Positions 29,406 to 45,195 of a stretch of 64,000 nt of DNA are shown here, one piece after another. A program made the translations under genes and the position numbers. How positions within the stretch are numbered: position 1 is the first letter of the stretch; every line of letters begins with the position of its first letter. Source of the stretch: Octopus vulgaris. Taxonomy: Eukaryota. The stretch spans positions 67,642,001 through 67,706,000 of the forward strand of contig OX597833.1 of assembly GCA_951406725.2 (NCBI GenBank), read 5' to 3'. Below the pieces are notes generated by a model that saw only the letters and a program-made list of their open reading frames with translations, ran no database searches and was not told where the DNA came from.

Positions 29406-29929
29406 TATTAATTACTTGAGTAGAAAGTGTATTTTCTGTTGTTTCCTCTATATTCCACCGTAAATCTCTAGAGATAACTTTAAAGTGGTTAGATAAAATA
29501 TCCTCACCTACATCTCTGAGATAACTGAGGACATTTGCCAAAGATATTGAAAGGCTATGAACTTTTAATATTACATTTTGTTATTACTTCTATTTCCGGC
29601 CTTAATAATTTTTTAAATAAGCCCCCTGGCTATTCGTGACATCTAATGGCTGTTTACTTACAGAGATCTCATGTATACCGCTAGCAGCGAGGTCAGCTAT
29701 CTCCAGCGTCCGAGCGCCTAAGTTTGACAAGGCCACAGAATACAGAAATCACGCGATGCTGTAGTCTCGGTGATGTTGATGGCAGGTGATTTATCTCAAC
29801 GCTAGCGATATGAACAAGGGTACTTACATGCACTAAAAACCAATATGAAAGTTTTTCTCGTGGAAACTATTCCGGTATTGTGTCTTTTAACACAACATCC
29901 ACTTTTAAGTGGGGATATACATACATACA

Positions 29930-29993
<64 letters not shown>

Positions 29994-30077
29994 TACATAC
30001 ATATATATATATATACATCCCAAAACATGTCATTACCTTTAACTGCGGAAACAGCTTATATATCGATCTATACTTTG

Positions 30078-30398
30078 TTGAGGAATATCTTCATTATTTA
30101 CATTATTTACATTTGATGGATATTTGTCCTCATCTTGTTTGTTAACACAACGTTTCGACTGATATACTCTCCTGCCTTCATCAGGTGTCTTGGGGAAATT
30201 TCGAACCTGGGTTCTCATTCCTAAGGTATTTTTCGATATTATTATTTTCATTATTATCATTATTATTATCATTATTATTATTACTATTATTATTACTATT
30301 ATTATTACTATTATTATTCAGGTCACTGCCTGGAATCGACCTCGGAATCTTGGGGTTAGCAGCGCGCGCTCTTAGCCATTCGGCCATAAGCCCGTGGG
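30078..30398 (-). mobile_element. tRNA-head + (AAT)n + hammerhead element, family T (copy 1)
   Basis: Inverted homolog of 57190-57625; A-box ~30376-30386, B-box ~30332-30343, hammerhead 30144-30189. Confidence 0.85.
30144..30189 (-). ncRNA. Putative minimal type-I hammerhead ribozyme
   Basis: gacac|CTGATGA|a-ggcagg-agagtata-tcagtc|GAAA|cg|T|T|gtgtt; one stem II mismatch. Confidence 0.7.
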
Positions 30399-32148
30399 CA
30401 ATTTCTCGTTTGAAACTATTTTGTTGGAGTATGTCAAGTTTATTGAGGTAACATGAGTTGCAGAAAAATAGCAATTCTATTTGTTGGTGGAGCATTACCA
30501 TCATTATTTGAATAACCACGAAAATTTATTTCGCAGTGAAAGAGTTAAACGCAATCGTTTCGATACCCATCTGACCCATCGTCGAAAAAAGCAAGAAAAT
30601 TATGCATCATTTTTGGTGTTTTTTTAAGATAAACCATAGCGTATAGAGAATACAATACAACTTGAAGTATAAAGTGCAGAATACAGGATAGAATATAAAG
30701 TGTAACTGATATAAAAACTGTTTGATCATAGCTTGAACAAGTTTGTTCGTAGGTCTATTCGTTCATAAGTGACCTGAGCTAATACCAACAACAATAACGA
30801 AAGTAAATTGAGCAACGACTGTCCAGCGGTCTGTAGAACGGACTTGTGACTAAGAGAACGAAATGAAAATGATATGATCAATGAAGAGACAGCAGGGTGG
30901 CCTAAACTATTTGCTATTGTGTATCAAGTTCGCTTTCCCATTATGTATAAAAACGAGTTTTTGTACTGAGGTAAGGAAAGGAAAAAAAATCAATATTTTC
31001 AGTGATCGATCACAGCTAGAATATCCGGTATTAGGAAATGAATGTTGCGTGAATTTGCTTCTAAAATATTATATTTCGATCATAAATAAACGGAAATTTG
31101 TTAATGTACGGATTATTGGCTGTGTGAGTCAATATAGATTAAAACAGAAAGTAGATAAAGGTGATAAGTTAGTGCAGCGGTGGGGCTGCGAGAGGCTGGT
31201 AATCTGTTAATTAGAGATTATTGAATACTAAGAATTACACTAGCTTTGTGGATGAGGTTATACAAGGGTTAATAAATAAACTTTGTTGCAAGTTGTTCAA
31301 TATAGATTATTGGGTTTGCAGAAAGCGAAATGTGAAAAAAGTCCTCGAATTATCGTTGCTTAAGAAGTTAGGTTCAAAAGTTCGTATCCTGCCATATTCT
31401 GTGTGTATTTTAATCTAAAAGGTAAATGTTTAATTAGAATAGAAGGAACATAGATATAATAATAAAAATAATAACCATATTCAGAAACCGAAATTTACTG
31501 ATCTAGATTAAAATGCCAACCTTTCTATTAATTTGGCTTTTGGTTTCAATTCTTTGTTTGAGAACTTGTGATGAAGCGGTTCTCTGAATTCCTTTATACG
31601 GCATTCACCAATGCTTTCAAAGATTTCTATCACTGAACTATGATGTATACAAGCATACAAGCACACATACATACACATACACATACACGCACGCACGCAC
31701 GCACACCCACACAGAAGATACAACTATATATGTGTGTGTTGTAAGAAGCTTGCTTCACAACCGCACGGTTCCGGTTTCAGTCCCACTGCTTCGTGCCTTG
31801 GCCAAGTGTCTTCTACTACCGTCTCGAGTCGACCAAAGATTTGCGAGTGGATTTGTTAGATGGAAACAGAAAGAAGCCCGTCGCATATTATTCATTTGAA
31901 ATAAAACCAATGTTGTCTTCGAAACATATGTTGAAAATAAAAGACTTTGAATAGCATCTGCGTTCAACTCCATTTATTTACTTATACTAAACAAATTACT
32001 GCACATTAACCCGGAGTTTCTACCTTTGAATAGGTCGCTACATCCTTGTTACTTGCGTGAATTTTGCTACCCTGGTAACTGTTTATTGAATTTTCCATGT
32101 TAACGGTAGACAAAGGATAATTCATTCATCCATTTATATATATGTATA

Positions 32149-32406
32149 TGCTGTTTGTGTCTGGGGAGAGTCATTTTCTTTTTATGCCTTATAATTTAAC
32201 ACAGTCACCGGTAAAATTTCTACTTATTTCTTATTTTTACTTTCCTAAAAATTTCGTTGCGTCTATTATAGTCAAGACTATTGAAAGGGTTGCAAGATGC
32301 AACGAAAATTTTAGGAAAATAAAAATAAGAAATAAGTGGAAATTTTGCCGGTGCGTGTGTTAAATTATAAGGCACAAAAAGAAAATGGCTCTCCCCAAAC
32401 ACAGCA
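32149..32406. mobile_element. Palindromic (inverted dimer) insertion of family D
   Basis: ~112-bp imperfect arms 32149-32264 and 32295-32406; a single-arm copy lies at 45196-45338. Confidence 0.85.
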
Positions 32407-33002
32407 GAATGTGCTTCAACACACGAACTCACATAAAGTATCTTGTAGACCAAATCCCAAAACGATATATATATGTGTATGTTTGTGTGTGTGTGTGTGT
32501 GTGTGTGTGAGTGTGTGCGTGTGTGTGTATGTATGTATGTATGTATGTGTATATAGTGTAAGTAAAAAAGAAACGAAGAAAAAACAAAAACGCAAGGACG
32601 TGGTGCTTCCAAAGTATTAGCAAACGTTTAGGAAAAGAAAGAAAGGTAGTTTTACGTTTCCAGCAAAGCTCTTTGTCAGAAAAATCGAAAAGGAAGATGG
32701 AGGAATATATATATATATATGTGTGTGTGTGTATGTCTACATAATATATATGCACATCATGTAAGTATGTATGTTGGCGGCGCATAGTTGCTAAGGAAGT
32801 GCACTCATAATCGCATGATTGTTGTTTTGTTTCCTGGACTGGTTGATGTGTTGCGTTCTTGAGCAAAGCTTTTCATTCTACGGTACTCCTGGCCACTCCG
32901 CCGGTAAAAATGGACACAATACGAGGAAGATGTTCCCCAAGAAATCCTTGGAAACCGGCCTTATGAAGATAAGGCACGAGAAACAACTTTGATACCCTTC
33001 CT

Positions 33003-33055
<53 letters not shown>

Positions 33056-33149
33056 AAAACACCTTTTATCAATTGAAAAGTAACAATTAAATTACACCAT
33101 CTAGAAAATTACATATAATTTGAATTGATAAAAGCTGTTTTTTTTTCAA

Positions 33150-33188
<39 letters not shown>

Positions 33189-33932
33189 TTTGTGAAATTT
33201 GATTTAGTATTTCTAAATTGAATTTTTCCCTGTAAGTTAGGAATAATATTCCCTCAAATAATTATTATATATATATACATATGTGTGTGAGTATGTGTGT
33301 ATGTGTGTGTGTATGTGTGTGTGTGTGTCTATGCATATACATGTTTGTATGTATACACAAACAAATACACACATGCACACACTGACATACACACATACAT
33401 AATTACTGCTCTATATATTCAGGAACGAAATCCCAAAACTCTGCTAAGAATCTATTATTGTTTCTGAGTCATGAAAAATCATCTGCAATATCGAGATAAT
33501 AAAGGTTCCATACCGAAGAAATATTCACGAGCATTAGACGGCAACGCAGAGCTGAAGGGAGTTAAACTAAAACAACGCCAAAATTTAATAAAAGGAGCCC
33601 AAAAAAGAAAAAATAAAGCGGTAAGAAAATAATTATCTTTCCGACATCGTAAATTTTGCTGCAGTAAAAGAAAAATAGTTTCAGAAATTCATGAAATATA
33701 AATAAATAACAAGAAAGGGGATAAATACGAGGGGAATAACGATAAAATTGAAGAATATATAAATAGTGAATGGTAAATGGAATATATGTGAAAGAAAATG
33801 GAGTTTGGAAAAAAAATAATGGAGGAATTATGGGAAATAAATATGAAAAGGTAGCGTTCGAAAATTTATGAAATTGGGAAAATACCTAAAGTACAAATAT
33901 ATATAAACGAATGCTTATATATACTTATACAT

Positions 33933-34008
<76 letters not shown>

Positions 34009-34269
34009 ATACGCACACAAAGAAAAAGCATGTAATTATGTTTATATATGTATGTATGTGTGTTTGTGTGTGAGTGTATGTATATATTTGTGTGTGCGCG
34101 CCTGAGTTTGTACCCCAGCCATCGCTTGACAAACGATGTTGGGGAGTTTACATTCCCGTAACTTAGCAGGTCAAGAAAACAATCGATAGAATAAGTACTA
34201 GTCTTACAAAGAATAAGTCCTGGGGTCGATTGCTTCGACTAAAAGCGATGCTGAAGCATGGCTGCAGTC

Positions 34270-34359
<90 letters not shown>

Positions 34360-34551
34360 CTATGCATGTATGCATGTGTGTATGCATGTGTGCATGTATT
34401 TCCCGGTAGCCAATCAAAGTTGCCGGGCATGCAAATAAGAATACAAGAGTCAATGAATACAAGACTCAATGAATACAAGAGTCAAAGAATACAAGAGTCA
34501 ATGATCCGGGCCAAATATTTTGCCGGATCTTATCTACTCTATATGTATGAG

Positions 34552-35119
34552 AATACATACAAAAACATATATACATACACACATACATACATACACTCAT
34601 ACATACATACACACATGCATACATACACACATACATACATACACACATACATACATACACTCATACATACATACACACATGCATACATACATACATACAT
34701 ACATACATTCATACATACATACATACATACATACATACGTACATACATACATACATACACACATACATACATACACTCATACATACATACACACATGCAT
34801 ACATACATACATACATACATACATACATACATACATACATACATACATGCATGCATACATACATACATACATACATACATACATACATACACTCATACAT
34901 ACATACACACATGCATACATACATACATACATACATACATACATACATACATACATACATACATACATACGTACATACATACATACATACACACATACAT
35001 ACATACACTCATACATACATACACACATGCATACATACACACATACATACATACATACATACATACATACATACATACATACATGCATGCATACATACAT
35101 ACATACATACATACATACA

Positions 35120-35150
<31 letters not shown>

Positions 35151-35286
35151 GTTGTTGATGTTGAAATTTCAATGAAGGAACCTTGGATCTAGGTTAGAAA
35201 CCGGCTCTTTCTCTATTGGCAAAAAACCTTGAAATAAACTGAATAATGACATACATACATACATACATACATACATACATACATAC
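34552..35286. repeat. (ACAT)n array with higher-order variants and a ~100-bp unique insert at 35149-35250
   Basis: Direct reading. Confidence 0.93.
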
Positions 35287-35317
<31 letters not shown>

Positions 35318-35574
35318 ATTTCACATTATGAACGAATTAACATTTGTTTATTTTATTTAAAACATAGTTCGTTGGAAAATAACGAAATTTCCACAGAATA
35401 ATGGCAACAGTAACATACGCAATGTGTTTTTATAACTTCAACATTTCATTCTTCTTCAGGACTTCATTTTCTACGACATCAGTAATCATGTAAAAGGGAG
35501 ATTTGACTGGTATTTCTAAGGAGTAGCGCAAACCATGTTGAAGCTTTCTCGTTAATCCGTTACAAGAAATAACC

Positions 35575-36020
35575 CTTTTTATCATAGGCAAAGGGCCCGA
35601 AATTTGTAGGGAGGGGTAAGTTGATTACATCGACCCCAGTGCGTAACTGGTACTTAATTCATCGACCCCGAATGGATGAATGGCAAAATCGACCTCGGTG
35701 GAATTTGAACTCAGAACATAGCGACAGACGAAATACGGGTAAGCATTTCGCCCGGCCTGCTAACGATTCTTCCAGCATGTTGCCTTGGTTACAAGAAATA
35801 AGAGAAGCAAATAAGGCGGCGAGCTAGTAGAATCGATAGCACTCCGGGTAAGAGTGCTTAGCAGCGTTCCATCCGTCTTGAGTTCAAATCCCGTAGAATT
35901 TGACTTTGTGTTTCATCCTGCGGGGGATTGATAAAACAAGTACAAATCGATCACAGGGCCCTGGTATTCGATTTAAATCGTTCTCCAAACTTACTGATCT
36001 TATTCAAAACTTTTAAACCT
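35575..36020. mobile_element. Two divergently oriented SINE family B copies (minus ~35575-35790, plus ~35812-36020)
   Basis: gaatttgaactcagaac...cccggcctgctaacgattct on the left; aaggcggcgagctag...gagttcaaatcc on the right. Confidence 0.8.
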
Positions 36021-36832
36021 GCATTAGAAGCGCGTGTGTAGAATATTAATTGCAGATGTGAAACCGAATGCGGGCCGCGATCTCGCTCGTTCCGTTATAG
36101 CTCTTTGCACAACACTCACGAAATTTGTCACTATTAGCAAAAATCTAAAACATTTTCAGTTTAAGTTAATGAAATTTTCTCTAGGTATTTTTTCATTCAT
36201 TTTCATAGGTTCACACATTTTTCGAGAATATTAAAAGTTAAAAAAAATTATTAAATTAATTTTCACTGAAAATATGTTCCGACGTGCATTAAAATATACC
36301 AGGTCTATGAAAGATTAAAATATTACTAAGTATACGATCGTGAAGAAAAGTAAAATATTAAAAAAAATTCGAATGAACATCAATGGAAATATATAAGATT
36401 AAAAAGGCGTGTAAATGGCCGTTTAGTTATGAAATAAATGGAAGACGTAAAGCACATGGTTGTGTAAAGAAAAAATATTGCTTAATAAAATATAGAGCAG
36501 CTGTTGAGAGTAGAACTGAGAATGGGTTACTGAGTTATATAGCAAAGTTTTAACGGTTAATAGTCTGGCAATAATTATCTTACAGTACCCGACGTATGTG
36601 TGTGATTGGTCACCGTGTTTCAGTTAGCACTATGCTGTCGTTTTAATTAAATGCTGATAGGAATTCTGCTATCGAGGTTTGTTTGAATGTAGATATCGTG
36701 GAATTCAAATGAAAGTCACTAAACAGTTTTGTAATGACAGATGACAGAGTATGATAGGGTAAATTTGTGAGCTTCTTGATTTGAAAAAATAATTATCTCG
36801 TAAGAGCTGTTGCTGAATGTAAAAGTCCTCCA

Positions 36833-36888
<56 letters not shown>

Positions 36889-36889
36889 A

Positions 36890-36935
<46 letters not shown>

Positions 36936-37145
36936 TATATACATCATATCTCTGTACAATAGTAAGTAATAGTGTATCTGTGGGTACTTGTGTACATTGG
37001 CGCAGTTACTGTTCCTTGGTTAGCAAAGACTAACTTTGCAACCACATGTGCTCGGATTCTCTCCCTTTGGATAAGTGTAATTTAACTAATGCATCGATGG
37101 ATTGTGAGGGAATTTGGTACATGGTAACTGTGTGGAAACCATCCC

Positions 37146-37176
<31 letters not shown>

Positions 37177-37976
37177 CACTGAGTTATCAAAACCGGAAGA
37201 ATCTAAGCAATTCTGTAATGTATGATACTTAATTAAACTGAATGGATAATCTTATATTAAAACCTGGACCACACGTCTGCAATCGTCAGACGAGAACTAT
37301 TTGCCCGTGCTAGTAGATTTGTTTTTCTTTGTGTAAAGATTTGTTCTTCTTTGAGGAAAGATATTTTTCTCTCGGTTTTGATATGTTAAAGGGACCGTTG
37401 ACGAGGTCGTTTTTATAGTTTTTTTCCCCATTATTGTTACAGCATGTCATTCTCTATGACTTTGACAACGTCTATCGTCGTCTGATTTATGAATTCGTTG
37501 TTTGCCCCAAAATGTCATAGGTCTAATTTTATTATTGGTATCGTTTCCTTATTTAAAATTATTTTATTTGTTTCTTTTCCTCTCATATTAGCAGTTCAAT
37601 ACTTTGTCTAGTCTCGATATCTTATTTTCATGGTTTATTTTTCACGTTTTATATTTATTTTTAATCTTTCCTAGTTGAAAATTAAAATAATTCTCGTAAG
37701 CCGTTTCCTGTTTTCCTTAGATATGTACGATCTACTGTAGTAATATCTACTTTAAAGTTTTCAACCGAGCTCATGTATATAATCGAAAAGGCCACATTAA
37801 ATATTATATGTGGTTAAAAAAATTACGTTCTTATTAAACGTTTTCCAATATGGCGGAAATGCAATACTTTCTAATTCAAAGGAAAGACGTTACAGCGCTT
37901 TGAATGAATCAGTGAGCTTTTCAAAACGATATACCTTCTTTTCTATTTCTAATCGCATGCTACTTATGTGTTTCAG

Positions 37977-38024
37977 GTTGTTTGGTTATATCTTTTTAAA
38001 CCGCTTCTTTGTAATATGGTGTTG
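37977..38024 (+). other. Candidate 48-nt host exon
   Basis: Upstream ttctaat branch-like site and atgtgtttcAG acceptor; ends aatATGGTGTTG|GTAAGT (consensus donor); lies in a TE-poor stretch. Confidence 0.3.
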
Positions 38025-38244
38025 GTAAGTGAATTTTTCCTTCATGTTTGTTTTTCAGAATGCATATTTTCAATTTCAAAATAAACTGTTAAACTATTTT
38101 CTTTCTTTTCTTTTTTCTTTTTTTTTTTTTGTAATTTAAGAAACATTTTTCATACATCTGACTCTAAAACTTTTTTTTTTTTACGATGACTGAATCGTTT
38201 TGTTTGTTTTTGAATCAGTAAACCGTTAGATTATTACTGGAAAT

Positions 38245-38550
38245 TTCTTCTTCTTCTTCTTTTTCTTCTTCTTCTTCTTCTTCTTCTTCTTCTTCTTCTT
38301 CTTCTTCCTCCTACTCCTCTTTCTCCTCCTCTTCTTCTTCGTCTTCTTCTTCTTCTTCTTCTTCTTCTTCTTCCTCCTACTCCTCTTTCTCCTCCCCTTC
38401 TTCTTCTTCTTCTTCTTCTTCTCTCCTTCTTCTCCTCTTCTTCTTCTTCTCTTCTTTTTTTCTTCTTCTTCTTCTCCTTCTCCTTCTCCTTTTCCTCCTT
38501 CTTCCTCCTCCTCCTCCTCCTCCTCTTCTTCTTCTTCTTCTTCTTCTTCT
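38245..38550. repeat. (CTT/CCT)n polypyrimidine tract
   Basis: Direct reading. Confidence 0.95.
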
Positions 38551-38586
38551 AGCTGATGTTGCCATTGTTCCAGTTGATGCTGCAGC

Positions 38587-38624
<38 letters not shown>

Positions 38625-38634
38625 CTATTGTTTA

Positions 38635-39820
<1,186 letters not shown>

Positions 39821-40004
39821 ACAATACTAACAAGAATGTTGTCAGTGGATCGTTCCGGGCGAAATCTCTCCACAGTTCCCCATTTTCCATTGCTCATTGT
39901 AATCGTTCCATCTCGTCTTTTCTATTGTCTCAGGTTCGAGCAGGTCCTCCTCTACTGCATCTCCCAGGGTTTGGTTCACGCAATAGTAGCTTGCTTATTC
40001 TTTT

Positions 40005-40309
40005 ATTCTTTTATTTGTTTCCGTCATTTGAATGGGGCCATGCTGGGGCACCGCCTTTAGTCGAACACATCGACCCCACGACTTATACTTTGTAATCCTA
40101 GTGCTTATTCTATCGGCTTATTTTGCCGAACCGCTAGGCTACGGGGACACAAATACACCAACATCTGTTGTCAAGCGATGGTTGGGGTGACAGACACAGA
40201 CACACAAACATACATACACACACACATACACAAAGACACACACACACACACATATCTATATATATATGTATATAGATTACTAATTAATTTCACCCTTTAT
40301 TGTTACTGA

Positions 40310-40376
<67 letters not shown>

Positions 40377-40692
40377 AGGCGCAATGGTCCAGTGGTTAGG
40401 GCAGCGGACTCGCGGTCGTAGGATTGCGGTTTCGATTCCCAGACCGGGCATTGTGAGTGTTTATTGAGCAAAAACACCTAAAGCTCCCCGAGGCTCCGTC
40501 AGGGGGTGGTAGCGACCCTGCGGTATTCTTTCGCCGCAAATTTCTCTCACTCTTTCTTCTGTTGGCCTGCTCGCTTAGCCAGCGGGGTGGCGTCATTTGA
40601 AGGCTAAAACAATGCGGAGCGCATTGTGACCAGCGATGTGTAGCAACATCTGATAGCCTGGCCGGTCACGTGATCACGTGATATATACATAT

Positions 40693-40756
<64 letters not shown>

Positions 40757-40921
40757 TATATATATACGACGGGCTTGTTTCAGTTTCCGTCTATCAAATC
40801 CACTCACCAGGCTTTGGTAGGCTTGAGGTTATAGCAGAAGACACTTACCCAAGGTGCCACGCTGTGGGACTGAACCTGGAACCATGTGGTTGGTAAGCAA
40901 GCTTCTTACCACACAGCTGCT
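40005..40921 (-). mobile_element. SINE family A interrupted in its central microsatellite by a family C SINE
   Basis: 3' half at 40005-40210 and 5' half at 40765-40921 are collinear. Confidence 0.8.
40375..40682 (+). mobile_element. tRNA-derived SINE, family C (possibly tRNA-Arg related)
   Basis: ggaggcgcaatggtccagtggttagggcagcggacTCGcggtcgtagg...tttcgattccc; tail ggtcacgtgatcacgtgata. Confidence 0.88.
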
Positions 40922-41446
40922 ACAAGTGATAACTGTCTCTGAGCAAATGTAGTTGTTATCTTGGGCAAGTTTCCAATTATACACTTATATCTAGTCCACT
41001 GAGGCCACCCTATGGCTTCTACATCCCTAAGATTTAAATATACGCTACATTTACTTTCTTCTCGAATGCTTGTATCACGGACCATTTACAATATTATACT
41101 ATATAAAATATTCAAACACCTTTGGTGAGTAACGAGCCTGAAGAGTGCAAACACGATAACGATGTATGAACAACCAATAAGATTTACATAATTCATTTTA
41201 GAAACATGATCATTCTGTGCTGCGTAGCTCCAAGTAATATATCTGGCAATTCCAAAAGGACATTCTCTTATTCGTATGCGAGAGAAAATGGGAAATTAAC
41301 GGAGGGGCTTGAGATATTAAGGAGGGCTTGCGAAAGTCATTCTATCTTTTAATACTGCAAGGAAATCACAAAGGAAATTAAAGAGTGGGGAAAATGATAA
41401 AGAGGAATCTATAACGGAGACATTATATATATTATATATATATATA

Positions 41447-41520
<74 letters not shown>

Positions 41521-41598
41521 TTTATGCATATGTAATTATGCATAATTTATGCATAATTATACGTGTACATATTCAAATTCGTATGTATGTATATATGC

Positions 41599-41726
<128 letters not shown>

Positions 41727-42463
41727 TATGCAAATTTACATATCTATATACATGCAAGCGAATGTATATAGATATAACTTAGTGTTCGATCACGCACACA
41801 CACATATATACATTCATATGTATATATGCGTATATATGTTTTGTACTTTCCATGAATAAACCCACATTCCTGAAGTCTAAAAGTGTTCTCCAATTTAGTT
41901 TCTTCTTTCATTCACTTTATTTTCTTCCTTCTATAGTAAAAAAAAAATATATATATAGTTACAAATGACAGCTATTGATGTATTGTTATAAACATTATTG
42001 ACTACAGAACAAAATTGTGAATTAGAAGCAGCAAAAAAAAATGGGAGATGAAATTAGAATTCATAGACTTAAACACAATGTCTCATACTTGACTTTTAAT
42101 TTAACTACAACATAGCTTTCGCTTTCCAGTACTTTCCAATTACATAGAAGCCATTTATGTGTTTGTTCTCGTTAGTTTTTTTCGCTTTTCTTCTAATTTA
42201 TCTATGTCACGTCTCGTTCCACAACTAAAAGGCACAACATTATTCTCACCACGTGAACTGTTCTAAATATTGCTTCCGTGAAAGCATTTACTGTGAGGTT
42301 TGGTGTTTGCAGCTTTTGGCTACATTTTATATTGCATTCTGTGAGATGCAAGTCCCAAATGCATCCATCACATCAGATACTACTCTCATTTTTTAGGTTC
42401 TTTGGATTCATCACATTTCCAATGCCAGATTTTAGTACTTCCACTCTTTTTCGCCTTCAATAT

Positions 42464-42522
<59 letters not shown>

Positions 42523-42529
<7 letters not shown>

Positions 42530-42747
42530 CAAGTCAAGATAGAAAATGCTAAAATAATTTTATAAAGAACATTTCAGCACCGGTTTCGGTCATTTTGAGA
42601 CCTTTTCAACTGTAACGATTAAATAATTAAATTTAGAGATTTTAAAAGAAAAGTTTTTTTAAAGGAATATTTGTATAGTGTTCAAATATAAGTGGCATTC
42701 TGCCTTTCTCTGCCTCCCTTGTTTGCACTTGTGTGTTCGAGGTCGTT
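42523..42747 (-). mobile_element. Family H2 element (copy 2) with UUGAAAA hammerhead-like motif at 42575-42612
   Basis: Motif identical to 8132-8169; flanked by (TA)n. Confidence 0.8.
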
Positions 42748-42780
42748 GTGTATATATATATGGCTGAAACAAATAAAAGA

Positions 42781-42835
<55 letters not shown>

Positions 42836-42836
<1 letters not shown>

Positions 42837-43244
42837 TCTTTTACTTGTTTCAGCCATTTGACTGAGGCCATGTTGGAGCACCGCCTTTAGTCGAGTAAAT
42901 CGATCCCAGGACTTATTCTTTGTAAGCCTAGTACTTATACTATCGGTCGCTTTTGCCGAACCGCAAAGTTACGGTGACATAAACACACCAGCATCGGTTG
43001 TCAAGCGATTTTGGGGGGACAAACACAGACACACAAACACAGACACACAAACACAGACACACGCATACATATATATATATATACACATGTATACGACGGG
43101 CTTCTTTCAGTTTGCGTCTACCAAATCCACTCACAAGGCATTGGTCGTCCCGAGGCTATAGTAGAAGACACTCGTCCAAGATGCCACGCAGTGGGATTGA
43201 ACCCGGAACCATTTGGTTGGTAAGCAAGCTACTTACCACAGAGC
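42836..43244 (-). mobile_element. SINE family A, near full-length
   Basis: Same head, body and tail as 14151-14555. Confidence 0.9.
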
Positions 43245-43717
43245 CACATACATACATATGCATATATATATATATATATACGCAAACAGAGATTCTCATT
43301 TAGTGAGGAATGTGAATGCGAGAAGAAAATAAAGGTGAGTGACAATAACAAATATGGTATGTGCGTGTGTGTTTGAGAGAGAAGGCTCTTCTGAGCATGA
43401 TCCTGTAAGCAGGGCGAGAGCGGGGGAGGGCGAGCCTTGGTTTTCGTGGCGAAGGTCATCGGGGTTTTGTACTGTTTGGTTAATTGGCCCCACAATCAGT
43501 CATCTTTCTATTTTGGTATATTTTTTTTTTTGTAATTTTGTTTTAACCGTTTGTTATCTTTTTATTTGTTTTTTTCTTACACATCAAATAACAATACACA
43601 ATATAGTTTGTAATATTGTTTGTATTATCGTTGTCTAATTTCATCATATTGTGGTTCGGAAAAAAAGATCATCGTCACCATTATCATCAACATCATCATC
43701 GTCACCATTATCATCAA

Positions 43718-43820
<103 letters not shown>

Positions 43821-43980
43821 GTCGTCGTCATCATCATCACCGTAATCACCCTCACTACAAATCCCTTAGTCAAAATCCCCATCGTCGTGTTTTGTGTCGC
43901 CACCATCATTCTTACCATTGAACTCCCAGAAACCCATTCGTTAGTTTCTTCCCAAATGATAAAAACTGTGTCAAGGTGTA

Positions 43981-44083
<103 letters not shown>

Positions 44084-44967
44084 ATGAATGCAAATGTATG
44101 TATAGTTGATTTTTATGTTCTCTCTTTTCGCTGAAACCTAAAAGCTTTTTTTCTCTCTTCTGCTCATTTTTCAATGGTTTTTAAATCGCACTTAAAATTC
44201 ATAATGTTCCCTTTGACGTGGCACAAAACTGCCATTTATTTTCGCTGATGCTACTGTACGTGATGTTTAACGCAGAGAGTGATTTAGTGTTAGTGACTAT
44301 GGTGGCGGCGGCGGCGGCGGTGGCGGTGGTGACGTTGGTCGTGTAGCTGCACCAGCTCCGAATGCTGATTATGATGATGATGATGGTGATGATGATTGTT
44401 GTGGCCGTTTATGTCTTTTGCTGTGCATTTGAGGCCTAAGTAAACCGAAATACATTTTTTAAACAGCAATTAAAATGGCGTCGACGTAACACAACTCGTC
44501 ACGCTGTAGACTCCTTCCAACGCCCATTGCTTTCATTACGAACAACAAAACCACCAATATATAGTGACACTTAAACCAGGTTGCCTTTTGATACAACTAA
44601 TTTCGTTGTAAATATTCCTAATTTGTTTGGGATTACTAAGAAATAAAAGGTCTGAGATGCGCTGTTATATGTCTGGTGCACTCGCTTTCCTTCCTTCCAT
44701 TGACCTTTTAACATTTAAAAGGGCCATATCTGGCCAAAATATTTTACTGTATTATGTTCGTACTGGCTAGATCTAACCTCTGACAACTCGTCGACAATAT
44801 CATTTAAAGAATATACTCTCACTTGATTGAAAATATCAGTGTTACAAGAAAATGCATGATTAATTCAAAGCGATATAAACTTATCATGAAAATTGTTCGA
44901 AAACAAATGTTCGAAAACAATTATTCGAATACAATTATTCGAAAAACAGTTATTCGAAATAAGTATC

Positions 44968-45022
<55 letters not shown>

Positions 45023-45125
45023 TCATCATCATCATCAACATCACCATCATCATCATCACCATCATCACTATCATCATCACCATCATCATCATCATCATCA
45101 TCAACATCAACATCATCAACATCAC

Positions 45126-45160
<35 letters not shown>

Positions 45161-45195
45161 CCATCATCACCATCGTCATCATCACCATTTGTTCT

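Noticed and set aside
34439-34530. Four copies of a ~16-bp unit gaatacaagagtcaat and an adjacent small hairpin
   Set aside because: Ordinary minisatellite with no further support.
43304-43334. Possible 31-nt exon ending aag|gtgagt
   Set aside because: Acceptor is weak and adjacent to SINE/microsatellite sequence; likely chance.
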